IMG/VR virus record: IMGVR_UViG_2737471845_000024
Coordinates: 1 to 9,276 of that record
Direction: 5' to 3' (one strand)
Source: a virus
Lineage: Duplodnaviria; Heunggongvirae; Uroviricota; Caudoviricetes
Length of the DNA stretch: 9,276 nt
Below the pieces are notes generated by a model. That model did no database searches. It was not told where the DNA came from and was given only the letters and a program-made list of their open reading frames with translations. This document shows positions 1-6,374 of this stretch, piece by piece. A program made the position numbers and the translations under genes. Each line of letters opens with the position of its first letter. Positions within the stretch are counted from its first letter, which is position 1.

Positions 1-120
1 CTGCGCATTATTCAGCTGGAGGCGGTGCAGGAAGAAATGGCTAACGAATTTCGTGATCTGCTTGTTGAGAAATTCAAAGACAGCAAAGTAGAAACCTTTA
101 TTGGTACTTTCACCGCCTGA
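1..120 (+). CDS. 3' end (last 39 codons + TGA) of a gene that starts left of the window; uncharacterized prophage protein
   Basis: Frame 1 is the only frame open from position 1; it translates [39 protein letters not shown] and stops at TGA 118-120. Frames 2 and 3 hit stops early. By synteny with yfdQ-yfdR of E. coli prophage CPS-53 it could be YfdQ-like, but the fragment is too short to verify. Confidence 0.45.
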   Translation: MRIIQLEAVQEEMANEFRDLLVEKFKDSKVETFIGTFTA

Positions 121-132
121 TTTCATTACTGC

Positions 133-154
133 AAATGCCCCTGCGGGGGCATTT
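133..154 (+). other. GC-rich hairpin just downstream of the partial gene (possible weak terminator or RNA structure)
   Basis: aaatgcccc-tgcg-ggggcattt gives a 9-bp perfect stem with a 4-nt loop. The only T-run is the 3 Ts inside the stem, so it is not a canonical intrinsic terminator. Confidence 0.3.
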
Positions 155-248
155 ATGGAAACGTAATTGACTCAATAATCGCCGGATGGTGAGGGCTTCC
201 TTTTACCAGAATTCAGCGCGGTGCAGCGCATATAACGTGGAGAACAAA

Positions 249-773
249 ATGTCATTTATTAAAACTTTTTCCGGGAAACATTTTTATTATGACAGGATAA
301 ATAAAGACAACATCGATATTAACGATATCGCGGTTTCCCTTTCAAATATCTGTCGCTTTGCCGGCCATCTTTCACACTTCTACAGCGTCGCCCAACATGC
401 GGTGCTTTGCAGCCAGCTGGTACCGCAGGAATTTGCTTTTGAAGCGTTAATGCATGATGCAACAGAAGCGTATTGCCAGGACATCCCGGCTCCACTGAAA
501 CGCCTTCTTCCTGACTATAAACGGATGGAAGAAAAAATAGACGCCGTAATCCGTGAGAAATACGGGTTACCCCCGGTTATGAGTACGCCCGTGAAATATG
601 CCGATCTCATCATGCTGGCAACCGAACGCCGCGATCTCGGGCTTGATGATGGCTCTTTCTGGCCCGTACTGGAAGGTATCCCGGCAACAGAGATGTTCAA
701 AGTTATTCCACTGTCGCCAGGCCATACCTATGGGATGTTTATGGAACGCTTTAAAGAGTTAACTGAGTCGTAA
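249..773 (+). CDS. yfdR: HD-domain phosphohydrolase, YfdR-like (cryptic-prophage 5'-deoxynucleotidase family)
   Basis: ORF-track ORF 186..773. I place the start at ATG 249 (GGAG at 239-242, 6-nt spacer) rather than ATG 186, which has no RBS. The translation MSFIKTFSGKHFYYD... carries HD-domain signatures (...GHLSHFYSVAQH..., ...LMHDATEAY...). I recognise it from memory as very close to E. coli prophage protein YfdR. A hand-counted 100-nt sample (351-450) is ~53% GC. Confidence 0.8.
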   Translation: MSFIKTFSGKHFYYDRINKDNIDINDIAVSLSNICRFAGHLSHFYSVAQHAVLCSQLVPQEFAFEALMHDATEAYCQDIPAPLKRLLPDYKRMEEKIDAVIREKYGLPPVMSTPVKYADLIMLATERRDLGLDDGSFWPVLEGIPATEMFKVIPLSPGHTYGMFMERFKELTES

Positions 774-881
774 AAATCAGCACGTACGAATTCAAACTCT
801 GCCATAAAAGAACATATAAGTAATTTATTAACATATAGATATAGGTTATATTACAAATTGAAAAATTATTGGAGAGCAACA

Positions 882-1748
882 ATGAATCAAAATCCATTCT
901 CATTCTATGACTTTCTTGGATATTTAATACCAGGTGGTTTTTTTATCCTATTAATGTATTTCTGTGGTTTGACATTCGATCTAGATATTGTTATTGACTT
1001 AAGTGAATTGCTCAGAGGTCAAAGTCAAATCTTTGGCATTTTGAACTACGCTTCAATAGTTATTATATCTTATATAGCTGGACATTTTATTTCTATCACG
1101 TCAGCATTTTTTATCGAAAAATACATGAATAAAGAATTAGGATATCCTTCCAAATATCTATTTAAAAAATTGATAGATACCTCAGAAAGCATTTGTAGCC
1201 CATCATGCGATGAGAGAAGCGCTGATAAAAAAACAAAAATAAAGAATCGCATAATCAAATGCGTATTATGCCCAATAATACTATGGGATTTTATAACACA
1301 AAAACTATGTTATTCTCAATCTCTACCATTTCATTTAGCTAATACAACATGGTTAATGATCAAAGAAGGTTATGAGAAAAAGTTCATAACAAATCGCCAA
1401 TTATTACAAGATAAAAACGGACTTGATGATGATCTCTTCAGATTGGCATATCATTATGTTTATGAGTTTTCAAAACAACATCAAACAAAAATTCAAAACT
1501 ATGTTGCATTATATGGTTTTTGCAGAAACATATGTTTAATCTTTATAATTTCATTTTGGGTATCAGTTCCAACCTTTATTTATCGATTATGTACTCATAG
1601 TGATTATCTTTATAGTTTACTTTCAATAATGCTTAGCTTTTTCTTCGTCTATGTTTTCTATGTTGGTTTTGTTAAATTTTATAGAAGATATACTTTAGAA
1701 GTATTAATGGCATTTGCTGTACTTCAAAGTAACGACACTATTCGTTAA
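882..1748 (+). CDS. AT-rich predicted 4-TM inner-membrane protein of unknown function (prophage moron)
   Basis: ATG 882 is preceded by GGAG 871-874 (7-nt spacer); the ORF-track start at 858 is a TTG. A hand-counted sample (901-1000) is ~29% GC, against ~53% in the adjacent yfdR-like gene. Two N-terminal hydrophobic helices (FLGYLIPGGFFILLMYFCGLTF; IFGILNYASIVIISYIAGHFISITSAFFI) and two C-terminal ones (LYGFCRNICLIFIISFWVSVPTFIY; LYSLLSIMLSFFFVYVFYVGFV) flank a ~130-aa basic hydrophilic domain with C-x3-C and C-x2-C pairs. No family recognised. Confidence 0.75.
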   Translation: MNQNPFSFYDFLGYLIPGGFFILLMYFCGLTFDLDIVIDLSELLRGQSQIFGILNYASIVIISYIAGHFISITSAFFIEKYMNKELGYPSKYLFKKLIDTSESICSPSCDERSADKKTKIKNRIIKCVLCPIILWDFITQKLCYSQSLPFHLANTTWLMIKEGYEKKFITNRQLLQDKNGLDDDLFRLAYHYVYEFSKQHQTKIQNYVALYGFCRNICLIFIISFWVSVPTFIYRLCTHSDYLYSLLSIMLSFFFVYVFYVGFVKFYRRYTLEVLMAFAVLQSNDTIR

Positions 1749-1789
1749 TAATGTTGCTCCCGTGTGCAGACGGGATAATGGAGAAACGT

Positions 1790-1996
1790 ATGCTGAACCT
1801 CGATTGTGTTCCTATCTCAACTTATTGCAAAGAAACTGGCGAAACTCCTGAAGCAATAAACAAACGTGTACAGCGCGGTGTTTGGCGTGAAGGTGTTCAG
1901 GTTTTAAAGGTTGAAGGCGTTAAGGAGAGGTGGATTGATCTTAGTGAGGTTGCAAAATGGGCCAGACAAAACTGCTCAAACTACCGCGCGGCGTAA
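1790..1996 (+). CDS. small excisionase-like (Xis/recombination directionality factor-type) DNA-binding protein
   Basis: ORF-track ORF 1751..1996. Preferred start is ATG 1790 (GGAG 1780-1783, 6-nt spacer), giving 68 aa: MLNLDCVPISTYCKETGETPEAINKRVQRGVWREGVQVLKVEGVKERW... It is small and basic, sits directly upstream of the integrase gene and overlaps it by 40 nt, as lambda xis-int does. The call rests on context and general resemblance, not on a proven motif. Confidence 0.55.
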   Translation: MLNLDCVPISTYCKETGETPEAINKRVQRGVWREGVQVLKVEGVKERWIDLSEVAKWARQNCSNYRAA

Positions 1997-3129
1997 CAAT
2001 CAGGAAACACCGCCAGGGAGAAACGATCAATATAACTTTCACCTACAAAGGAGTTAGATGTCGTGAGCCGCTTTCCAATCTGGAAGTAACACCAAAGAAC
2101 ATTAAATACGCCGAGCGTACACTCGGCGAAATCCATAATAAGATCGAAAGGGGAACATTCATTTATGCAGAATATTTTCCCCGTTCTGCTCGTTTGAAAA
2201 TTTTTGGTAATGCTGCTGCAGGCAAAACGGTAAAGATGTACCTGGACGAATATCTTGAAATCTGCGAAACAAGAAAACTTTCACCCTCTACGATTGGTGG
2301 CTATAAAAAATGCCGTAGTGCGTTAGCCTCACTTCACATTTGCCCTGCAAGTGAATTAACACCAGCAACCCTGAAAGCGTGGATTCAAAATCAGAAAACG
2401 ACCTTAAAAACAATTCGCAACCAGTTATCTTTCCTGCGGTCAGCACTTGATGAAGCCGTGACCGATGGGGTACTTCAAATTAACCCCGTATCGTTAGTAA
2501 CAGCTTCGCGCTACCAAAGTGATAAGTCAGAAGCAGAAAGCAGCTACGTAGTTGATCCGCTATCACCAGCAGAAGTTGATGCATTACTAGCAGCAGCCGG
2601 AAACAAACAATGGGAAAATCTGTTCCGGTTCGCTATACATACAGGCCTGCGTAGTTCTGAATTATGTGCCCTTCGATGGCGTGATATCGACTTTGTTGGA
2701 AAAACTGCCCATGTCCAGAGCGCAAGTGTTGTCGGTGTTATCAAAGGGACAAAGACAAAAGCAGGTACTCGGAAAGTTGAACTGACAGAAGAGGCAATGT
2801 TGGCGCTGATAAATCAGAAGCCATTTACATTCATGAAGGATACTACTGTCTTTGAAGATCCAAAGACCAATAAGCCTTGGGCAAGTGCTGATGCAATCAG
2901 GAAAAAAGCATGGGTGCCAACATTGCGAAAAGCAGGTATTCGTTACAGAAATCCATATCAAACTAGGCATACATTCGCCACCCGCCATATCAGCCGGGGA
3001 GCAAACCTGTTTTGGCTTGCAGCTCAAATGGGGCATAAAGGGCCGGAAATGTTATTTCGTCATTATGGTTCATATTTAAAGGAATATGACGGTAATACGA
3101 CCAGCAATATCACAAAAAAAGCCACTTAA
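1957..3129 (+). CDS. int: phage tyrosine recombinase / integrase (lambda-type, 390 aa)
   Basis: ATG 1957 with GAGG at 1946-1949. Tyrosine-recombinase catalytic signatures are visible in the translation: ...HTGLRSSELCALRWRDID... (box I Arg) and ...HTFATRHISRGANLFWLAAQMGHKGPEMLFRHYGSY... (H-x-x-R, conserved His, catalytic Tyr). The N-terminus KHRQGETINITFTYKGVRCRE looks like an arm-binding domain. Confidence 0.92.
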   Translation: MGQTKLLKLPRGVTIRKHRQGETINITFTYKGVRCREPLSNLEVTPKNIKYAERTLGEIHNKIERGTFIYAEYFPRSARLKIFGNAAAGKTVKMYLDEYLEICETRKLSPSTIGGYKKCRSALASLHICPASELTPATLKAWIQNQKTTLKTIRNQLSFLRSALDEAVTDGVLQINPVSLVTASRYQSDKSEAESSYVVDPLSPAEVDALLAAAGNKQWENLFRFAIHTGLRSSELCALRWRDIDFVGKTAHVQSASVVGVIKGTKTKAGTRKVELTEEAMLALINQKPFTFMKDTTVFEDPKTNKPWASADAIRKKAWVPTLRKAGIRYRNPYQTRHTFATRHISRGANLFWLAAQMGHKGPEMLFRHYGSYLKEYDGNTTSNITKKAT

Positions 3130-3140
3130 GTGGCTTTATC
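3114..3140. terminator. bidirectional intrinsic terminator between convergent gene ends
   Basis: A-run 3114-3120, then a perfect 20-nt palindrome aaagccacttaagtggcttt (3118-3137) that contains the int stop codon TAA (3127-3129), then T-rich sequence. On the minus strand the hairpin is followed by TTTTTTT. It lies between the int stop (3129) and the stop of the reverse 127-aa gene (3143). Confidence 0.5.
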
Positions 3141-3142
3141 AA

Positions 3143-3526
3143 TTAGGAGGCTCTCGATTTAAGCATTTCCGTACACTTAGCAAAGAGCCTCTCAGTTGTT
3201 AGAATCGCAACTTCAGACTGTTTAGAAGTGACCGATTGATCAAGTCGATAGTCTGCAACAATCCTCTGAGCTTTAAGTTGACTCAGGATAAAACTAATCC
3301 CTTTTAGATATCTAGCTTCATATACTTCACTTCCTCTTGAAGCATCGCCCTGCAAATAATTGATTAGCCCCTGATGACTGTCTTTCGGCCCGTTTACCAT
3401 ACAAGGCAAGACATGATGGTAAGCGCCATAGTAGGATCTTGCTATAGCATTTCGATAGCCGATTTCGTCATTACGTTGATGACAGTCTTTTGCAAAACCG
3501 AGAAAATCTTGACTATTAACCGGCAT
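3143..3526 (-). CDS. 127-aa helical protein, second gene of a two-gene cargo operon; tentatively HEPN-like fold
   Basis: ORF-track ORF 3143..3532 begins at a TTG. The ATG at 3526-3524 is preceded by GGAGGG (6-nt spacer) and overlaps the upstream gene's stop by 11 nt, indicating translational coupling. Translation: MPVNSQDFLGFAKDCHQRNDEIGYRNAIARSYYGAYHHV...LKAQRIVADYRLD... The AIARSYYGAYHH helix (R-x6-H) and a later R-x3-DY segment recall HEPN-family profiles; this is from memory and unverified. Confidence 0.65.
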   Translation of the reverse strand: MPVNSQDFLGFAKDCHQRNDEIGYRNAIARSYYGAYHHVLPCMVNGPKDSHQGLINYLQGDASRGSEVYEARYLKGISFILSQLKAQRIVADYRLDQSVTSKQSEVAILTTERLFAKCTEMLKSRAS

Positions 3527-4331
3527 GTGCAACCCTCCGGGTAATCAGACCTAATTCGGAGATAGCATTCTGCTCAATATGTGTGTCTTTACATTCAAAC
3601 CAAACAGCAAAATCTTTACCGACTAAACAATCGTGCTCAGCCATTGAAAAAGCAAGCTCAATATTCATATCAGCGATTTGTTCAGCATCAGAAGACTTTG
3701 TCATGAATACAATCGCATTCACTTTCTCTTCCGAAATATTATAAAAACGCATTCCCGAAAGATGAACCTTCTGAGAATCCATGACATTGGCTACATTATT
3801 GAAAATAAGTTCATATTCTAAACCAGAAAGATCGGCACGTTGCTTAAAGGATTCGACCTGGGAAACAACTTCATCAAGATTGTTGTCCATTTTTTCAGGC
3901 TCCTTATCTCCGAACAATTTAGAGTATGACTGGAAATACTTCTCCGCCAACGCCATCTTCCCCATAAAGAGGGAGTTTTCATAAGCTTGAAGATAAATAA
4001 ACGGGGATATGAAGCTTTCAGCAAGCTTAATGCTTGTTTCAAAGCTTTTCTTCAACGTACCGTAATCTGACAAGAAAACAAGAAAATTCTTTGCAACAAC
4101 CTCATTATGGCATACCTGCAAGGAACGCTCAAAGAAGCCTATCGCCTCATTCACTTGGCCATGTGCACCATAGACCAACGCTAAAAGATAGTCCTCAGAG
4201 ACAGGATCTCTAAGTGCTTCAATCTCACGTAACATCCTTCTAAAGCTAAAGTCATCAATCCTCACTCCATCTTTGAGGTATTTAGTTAGCCGCGCGCTAA
4301 TAACTGATGCTTTTTTTGCTGGCTGCAACAT
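3516..4331 (-). CDS. 271-aa helical protein with TPR-like N-terminal segment, first gene of the two-gene cargo operon; function unknown
   Basis: ATG 4331 is the only possible start (AAGG 6-7 nt upstream; in-frame stop upstream at 4446-4448 with no alternative start codon). TPR-like stretch ...DYLLALVYGAHGQVNEAIGFFERSL... No nucleotidyltransferase (GS...DxD), P-loop or nuclease motif seen. A hand-counted sample (3601-3700) is ~38% GC. Confidence 0.7.
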   Translation of the reverse strand: MLQPAKKASVISARLTKYLKDGVRIDDFSFRRMLREIEALRDPVSEDYLLALVYGAHGQVNEAIGFFERSLQVCHNEVVAKNFLVFLSDYGTLKKSFETSIKLAESFISPFIYLQAYENSLFMGKMALAEKYFQSYSKLFGDKEPEKMDNNLDEVVSQVESFKQRADLSGLEYELIFNNVANVMDSQKVHLSGMRFYNISEEKVNAIVFMTKSSDAEQIADMNIELAFSMAEHDCLVGKDFAVWFECKDTHIEQNAISELGLITRRVAHAG

Positions 4332-4456
4332 TAAAAACCTTATCTTACAAATAGTTGGTAATGATGTTGAATTATTTTTTGTTCTTTATGGCTAATAAGA
4401 TTACATGAAGGGACAACTTCTGACCACCTTAGAAAACACTCACTTTAGTAACAAGA

Positions 4457-4474
4457 GTCAATAATATTGTTGAC
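4457..4474. promoter_or_regulatory. 18-bp imperfect dyad (16/18) gtcaataatattgttgac, candidate operator in the intergenic region upstream of the reverse operon
   Basis: Its reverse complement is gtcaacaatattattgac, with a perfectly palindromic aatatt centre. It overlaps -35-like hexamers on both strands (TTGACA on plus, TTGACT on minus), but no convincing -10 partner was found. Confidence 0.25.
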
Positions 4475-4525
4475 AAATCACAAAAAAACAAACTTATCCA
4501 AAACAATCTGGTTTATCACAAAGCC

Positions 4526-4548
4526 TCTGTGCATAAATCTGTGCATAA
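4526..4548. repeat. tandem direct repeat tctgtgcataa x2 (12-bp period) in the phage arm next to the att core
   Basis: tctgtgcataa occurs at 4526-4536 and again at 4538-4548. It lies ~220 bp left of the att core in an A/T-tract-rich region and could be integrase arm-type sites or a regulator site. Confidence 0.3.
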
Positions 4549-4757
4549 CATCATTTTTACACACATTTTTTATAAAAATATTTTTTAGCAAAAAATGCTA
4601 TCTATCTCCGAAACTGCAACCACAAACCATTAATTCCAAATGAAACTATTTTAAAATAAATAGTAAGACAGTAACAGGACAGAAAAAGTTCCGCAAAAGA
4701 GCCGCTTGTAAAATCAACAATATTTGGCTATTTAAATTCAATGAATTACATAACTAT

Positions 4758-4789
4758 GGACACGGGTTCAACTCCCGCCAGCTCCACCA
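4758..4789 (+). repeat. partial copy of the tmRNA (ssrA) 3' terminus: attachment-site core at the junction of two integrative elements
   Basis: ggacacgggttcaactcccgccagctccacca has a T-loop (TTCAACT), the acceptor 3' strand and CCA. It matches my recollection of the E. coli ssrA 3' end GGACGCGGGTTCAACTCCCGCCAGCTCCACCA with one mismatch (A at 4762, weakening the T-stem). The ~330 nt upstream are AT-rich and show no tmRNA features such as the tag-reading frame, so this is not a functional gene copy. Confidence 0.7.
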
Positions 4790-4836
4790 AAATTCTCCAT
4801 CGGTGATTACCAGAGTCATCCGATGAAGTCCTAAGA

Positions 4837-4868
4837 GCCCGCACGGCGCAAGCCCTGCGGGCTTTTTT
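4837..4868 (+). terminator. rho-independent terminator downstream of the ssrA-derived core
   Basis: gcccgca-N12-tgcgggc stem (alternative inner stem agccc/gggct) followed by TTTTTT at 4863-4868. Confidence 0.55.
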
Positions 4869-4920
4869 GTGCCCTCAATTTGTCCCGCGAAGTCCGAAGA
4901 AAACTAATTAAATCCGATCC

Positions 4921-4976
4921 TTTTAGGCACCTTGTTAGGCACCTCATAAAGCTTTATTGTTTTTTGAGGTGCCTAA
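4921..4976. promoter_or_regulatory. repeated TTAGGCACC(TCA) motif, two direct copies plus one inverted, just upstream of the IntA-like integrase gene
   Basis: ttaggcacc at 4923-4931 and 4935-4943 (direct); the 12-mer ttaggcacctca at 4935-4946 recurs as its reverse complement tgaggtgcctaa at 4965-4976, separated by an 18-bp AT-rich spacer. All copies lie within 75 bp of the int start codon (4995). Confidence 0.4.
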
Positions 4977-4994
4977 AACTATGGAAACCCGGCA

Positions 4995-6236
4995 ATGGCA
5001 AGACAAACCAAACCTCTATCCGTTAAAGAAATAGAATCAGCCAAACCCAAGGAGGCGGACTACGTTCTCTATGATGGCGATGGCCTTGAGCTACTCATTA
5101 AATCCAGCGGGAGTAAAATCTGGCAGTTTCGCTACATTCGCCCTGTCACCAAGAAACGAGCAAAGAAGAGCATAGGCTCCTACCCGTCAGTTACCCTTGC
5201 CGATGCCAGAAACTACCGTGCAGAGTCCCGCTCACTACTGGCTAAACAGATCGATCCGCAGGAACATCAGCAAGAACAATTGCGCAGTTCGCTGGAAGCC
5301 AAAACCAACACTTTCCAACTCGTAGCTGAACGTTGGTGGAATGTGAAGAAAGCCAGTGTGACAGAGGACTATGCGGAAGATATCTGGCGCTCTCTTGAAA
5401 GAGACGTCTTTCCTGCGATTGGCGACGTTAGCGTTACAGATATTAAAGCTCATACACTGGTTCAGGCCGTACAACCGGTTCAGGCCAGAGGAGCACTGGA
5501 AACTGTTCGTCGCCTGTGCCAACGTATTAATGAGGTCATGATCTATGCCCAGAACACAGGGCTGATTGATGCTGTTCCCAGCGTTAATATCGGTAAAGCC
5601 TTCGAGAAGCCTCAGAAAAAGAACATGCCCAGCATTCGACCGGATCAGCTACCTCAGTTAATGCAGACGATGCGAACAGCCAGCATTAGCCTTTCCACAC
5701 GCTGCCTGTTCATGTGGCAACTTCTTACTATTACCCGCCCTGCCGAAGCGGCTGAAGCTCTCTGGGAAGAGGTAGACATAGAAGCGCGAGAGTGGAAGAT
5801 TCCTGCAGCACGCATGAAAATGAACCGCGACCATACTGTTCCATTGTCAGATGAAGCAATTGCGATACTAGAGATGATGAAGCCGTTAAGTGGAAATCGA
5901 GAATTTATCTTTCCCAGCCGCATCAAGCCAAACCAGCCGATGAACAGTCAGACCGTAAACGCATCGCTAAAACGCGCAGGTTTTGGTGGGGTGCTCGTTT
6001 CACACGGCCTGCGATCTATCGCCAGTACAGCCCTTAATGAGCAGGGATTTCCACCTGATGTTATTGAGGCTGCACTTGCTCATGTGGATAAGAATGAGGT
6101 TCGTCGTGCGTATAACCGTAGTGATTATCTTGAGCAGCGACGGCCTATGATGCAGTGGTGGGCTGATTTTGTGATGGCTGCAGATCACGGTAGTATGATT
6201 GAAGGAGGGATAAAGGCAATGCGGTTAGTTGGATGA
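4995..6236 (+). CDS. intA: P4-family tyrosine integrase, IntA (CP4-57)-like, 413 aa
   Basis: N-terminus MARQTKPLSVKEIESAKPKEADYVLYDGDGLELLIKSSGSKIWQFRY... is the arm-binding domain typical of P4-type integrases. Catalytic signatures: ...TITRPAEAAEALWEEVD... and ...HGLRSIASTAL...ALAHVDKNEVRRAYNRSDY (H-x-x-R, His, Tyr). Length and position directly downstream of the ssrA att core match E. coli CP4-57 IntA as I recall it. RBS is weak (GGAAA). Confidence 0.93.
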   Translation: MARQTKPLSVKEIESAKPKEADYVLYDGDGLELLIKSSGSKIWQFRYIRPVTKKRAKKSIGSYPSVTLADARNYRAESRSLLAKQIDPQEHQQEQLRSSLEAKTNTFQLVAERWWNVKKASVTEDYAEDIWRSLERDVFPAIGDVSVTDIKAHTLVQAVQPVQARGALETVRRLCQRINEVMIYAQNTGLIDAVPSVNIGKAFEKPQKKNMPSIRPDQLPQLMQTMRTASISLSTRCLFMWQLLTITRPAEAAEALWEEVDIEAREWKIPAARMKMNRDHTVPLSDEAIAILEMMKPLSGNREFIFPSRIKPNQPMNSQTVNASLKRAGFGGVLVSHGLRSIASTALNEQGFPPDVIEAALAHVDKNEVRRAYNRSDYLEQRRPMMQWWADFVMAADHGSMIEGGIKAMRLVG

Positions 6237-6316
6237 CATGTCGTAGCTAAAACCCGTTCTGTTTTTGGGTAGATTAACCTGAAGGTCTGCAATTTTAAAT
6301 GACGCTGAAAGAAGTT

Positions 6317-6345
6317 AAACCCTGCTCTTAAGCAGGGTTTTTATG
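6317..6345. terminator. bidirectional intrinsic terminator between intA-like gene and the large reverse ORF
   Basis: aaaccctgct-ctta-agcagggttt is a perfect 10-bp stem with a 4-nt loop, followed by a T-rich tract on the plus strand (tttttatgatttatt). It lies between the convergent stops at 6236 (+) and 6375 (-). Confidence 0.55.
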
Positions 6346-6374
6346 ATTTATTCTAATTTTGGTTTTGAATCTTT

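Larger units (their letters stand above)
1..4789. mobile_element. integrase-proximal end of a lambdoid prophage (continues beyond the left window edge), bounded on the right by the ssrA-derived att core
   Basis: Co-directional yfdR-like gene, AT-rich moron, xis-like gene overlapping a lambda-type integrase, convergent cargo operon, then the att core copy at 4758-4789. Composition is mosaic (~29% to ~53% GC in hand-counted samples). Confidence 0.6.

Noticed and set aside
186-248. N-terminal extension of the yfdR-like ORF from ATG 186 (ORF-track start)
   Set aside because: There is no Shine-Dalgarno before 186, whereas ATG 249 has GGAG with a 6-nt spacer and gives the expected MSFIKTF N-terminus.
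515-700. 61-aa reverse-strand ORF inside the yfdR-like gene
   Set aside because: It is fully nested antisense to a well-supported CDS, with no RBS; likely spurious.
858-881. TTG start at 858 for the membrane-protein ORF
   Set aside because: ATG 882 with GGAG at 871-874 is a far better initiation site; the TTG would place the RBS inside the coding sequence.
1070-1258. 62-aa reverse-strand ORF inside the membrane-protein gene
   Set aside because: Nested antisense ORF in AT-rich sequence where random ORFs are common.
1751-1789. Longer xis-like ORF starting at ATG 1751
   Set aside because: There is no RBS upstream of 1751. A hairpin (tcccgtgtgcagacggga, 1758-1775) and GGAG (1780-1783) precede ATG 1790. 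That hairpin has no T-tract and was not called a terminator.
2544-3079. Three short ORFs (2544..2744 -, 2662..3036 -, 2852..3079 +) inside the lambda-type integrase gene
   Set aside because: All are nested within or antisense to the integrase CDS, which has clear catalytic motifs; no independent support.
3781-4042. Two short ORFs (3781..3984 +, 3818..4042 -) inside the 271-aa reverse gene
   Set aside because: Nested or alternative-frame ORFs within a better-supported CDS.
4428-4789. A complete tmRNA (ssrA) gene ending at the CCA at 4787-4789
   Set aside because: Only the last ~32 nt resemble the ssrA 3' end. The preceding ~330 nt are AT-rich and lack the tag-encoding reading frame and pseudoknot-like GC-rich segments, so I call it an att-core partial copy.
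4981-5034. Upstream ATG at 4981 as an alternative integrase start or leader peptide
   Set aside because: It is out of frame with the integrase ORF (14 nt upstream) and encodes only a ~17-aa peptide with no RBS.
5235-6188. Three reverse-strand ORFs (5235..5522, 5654..5926, 6000..6188) inside the intA-like gene
   Set aside because: Antisense to a high-confidence integrase CDS; likely spurious.
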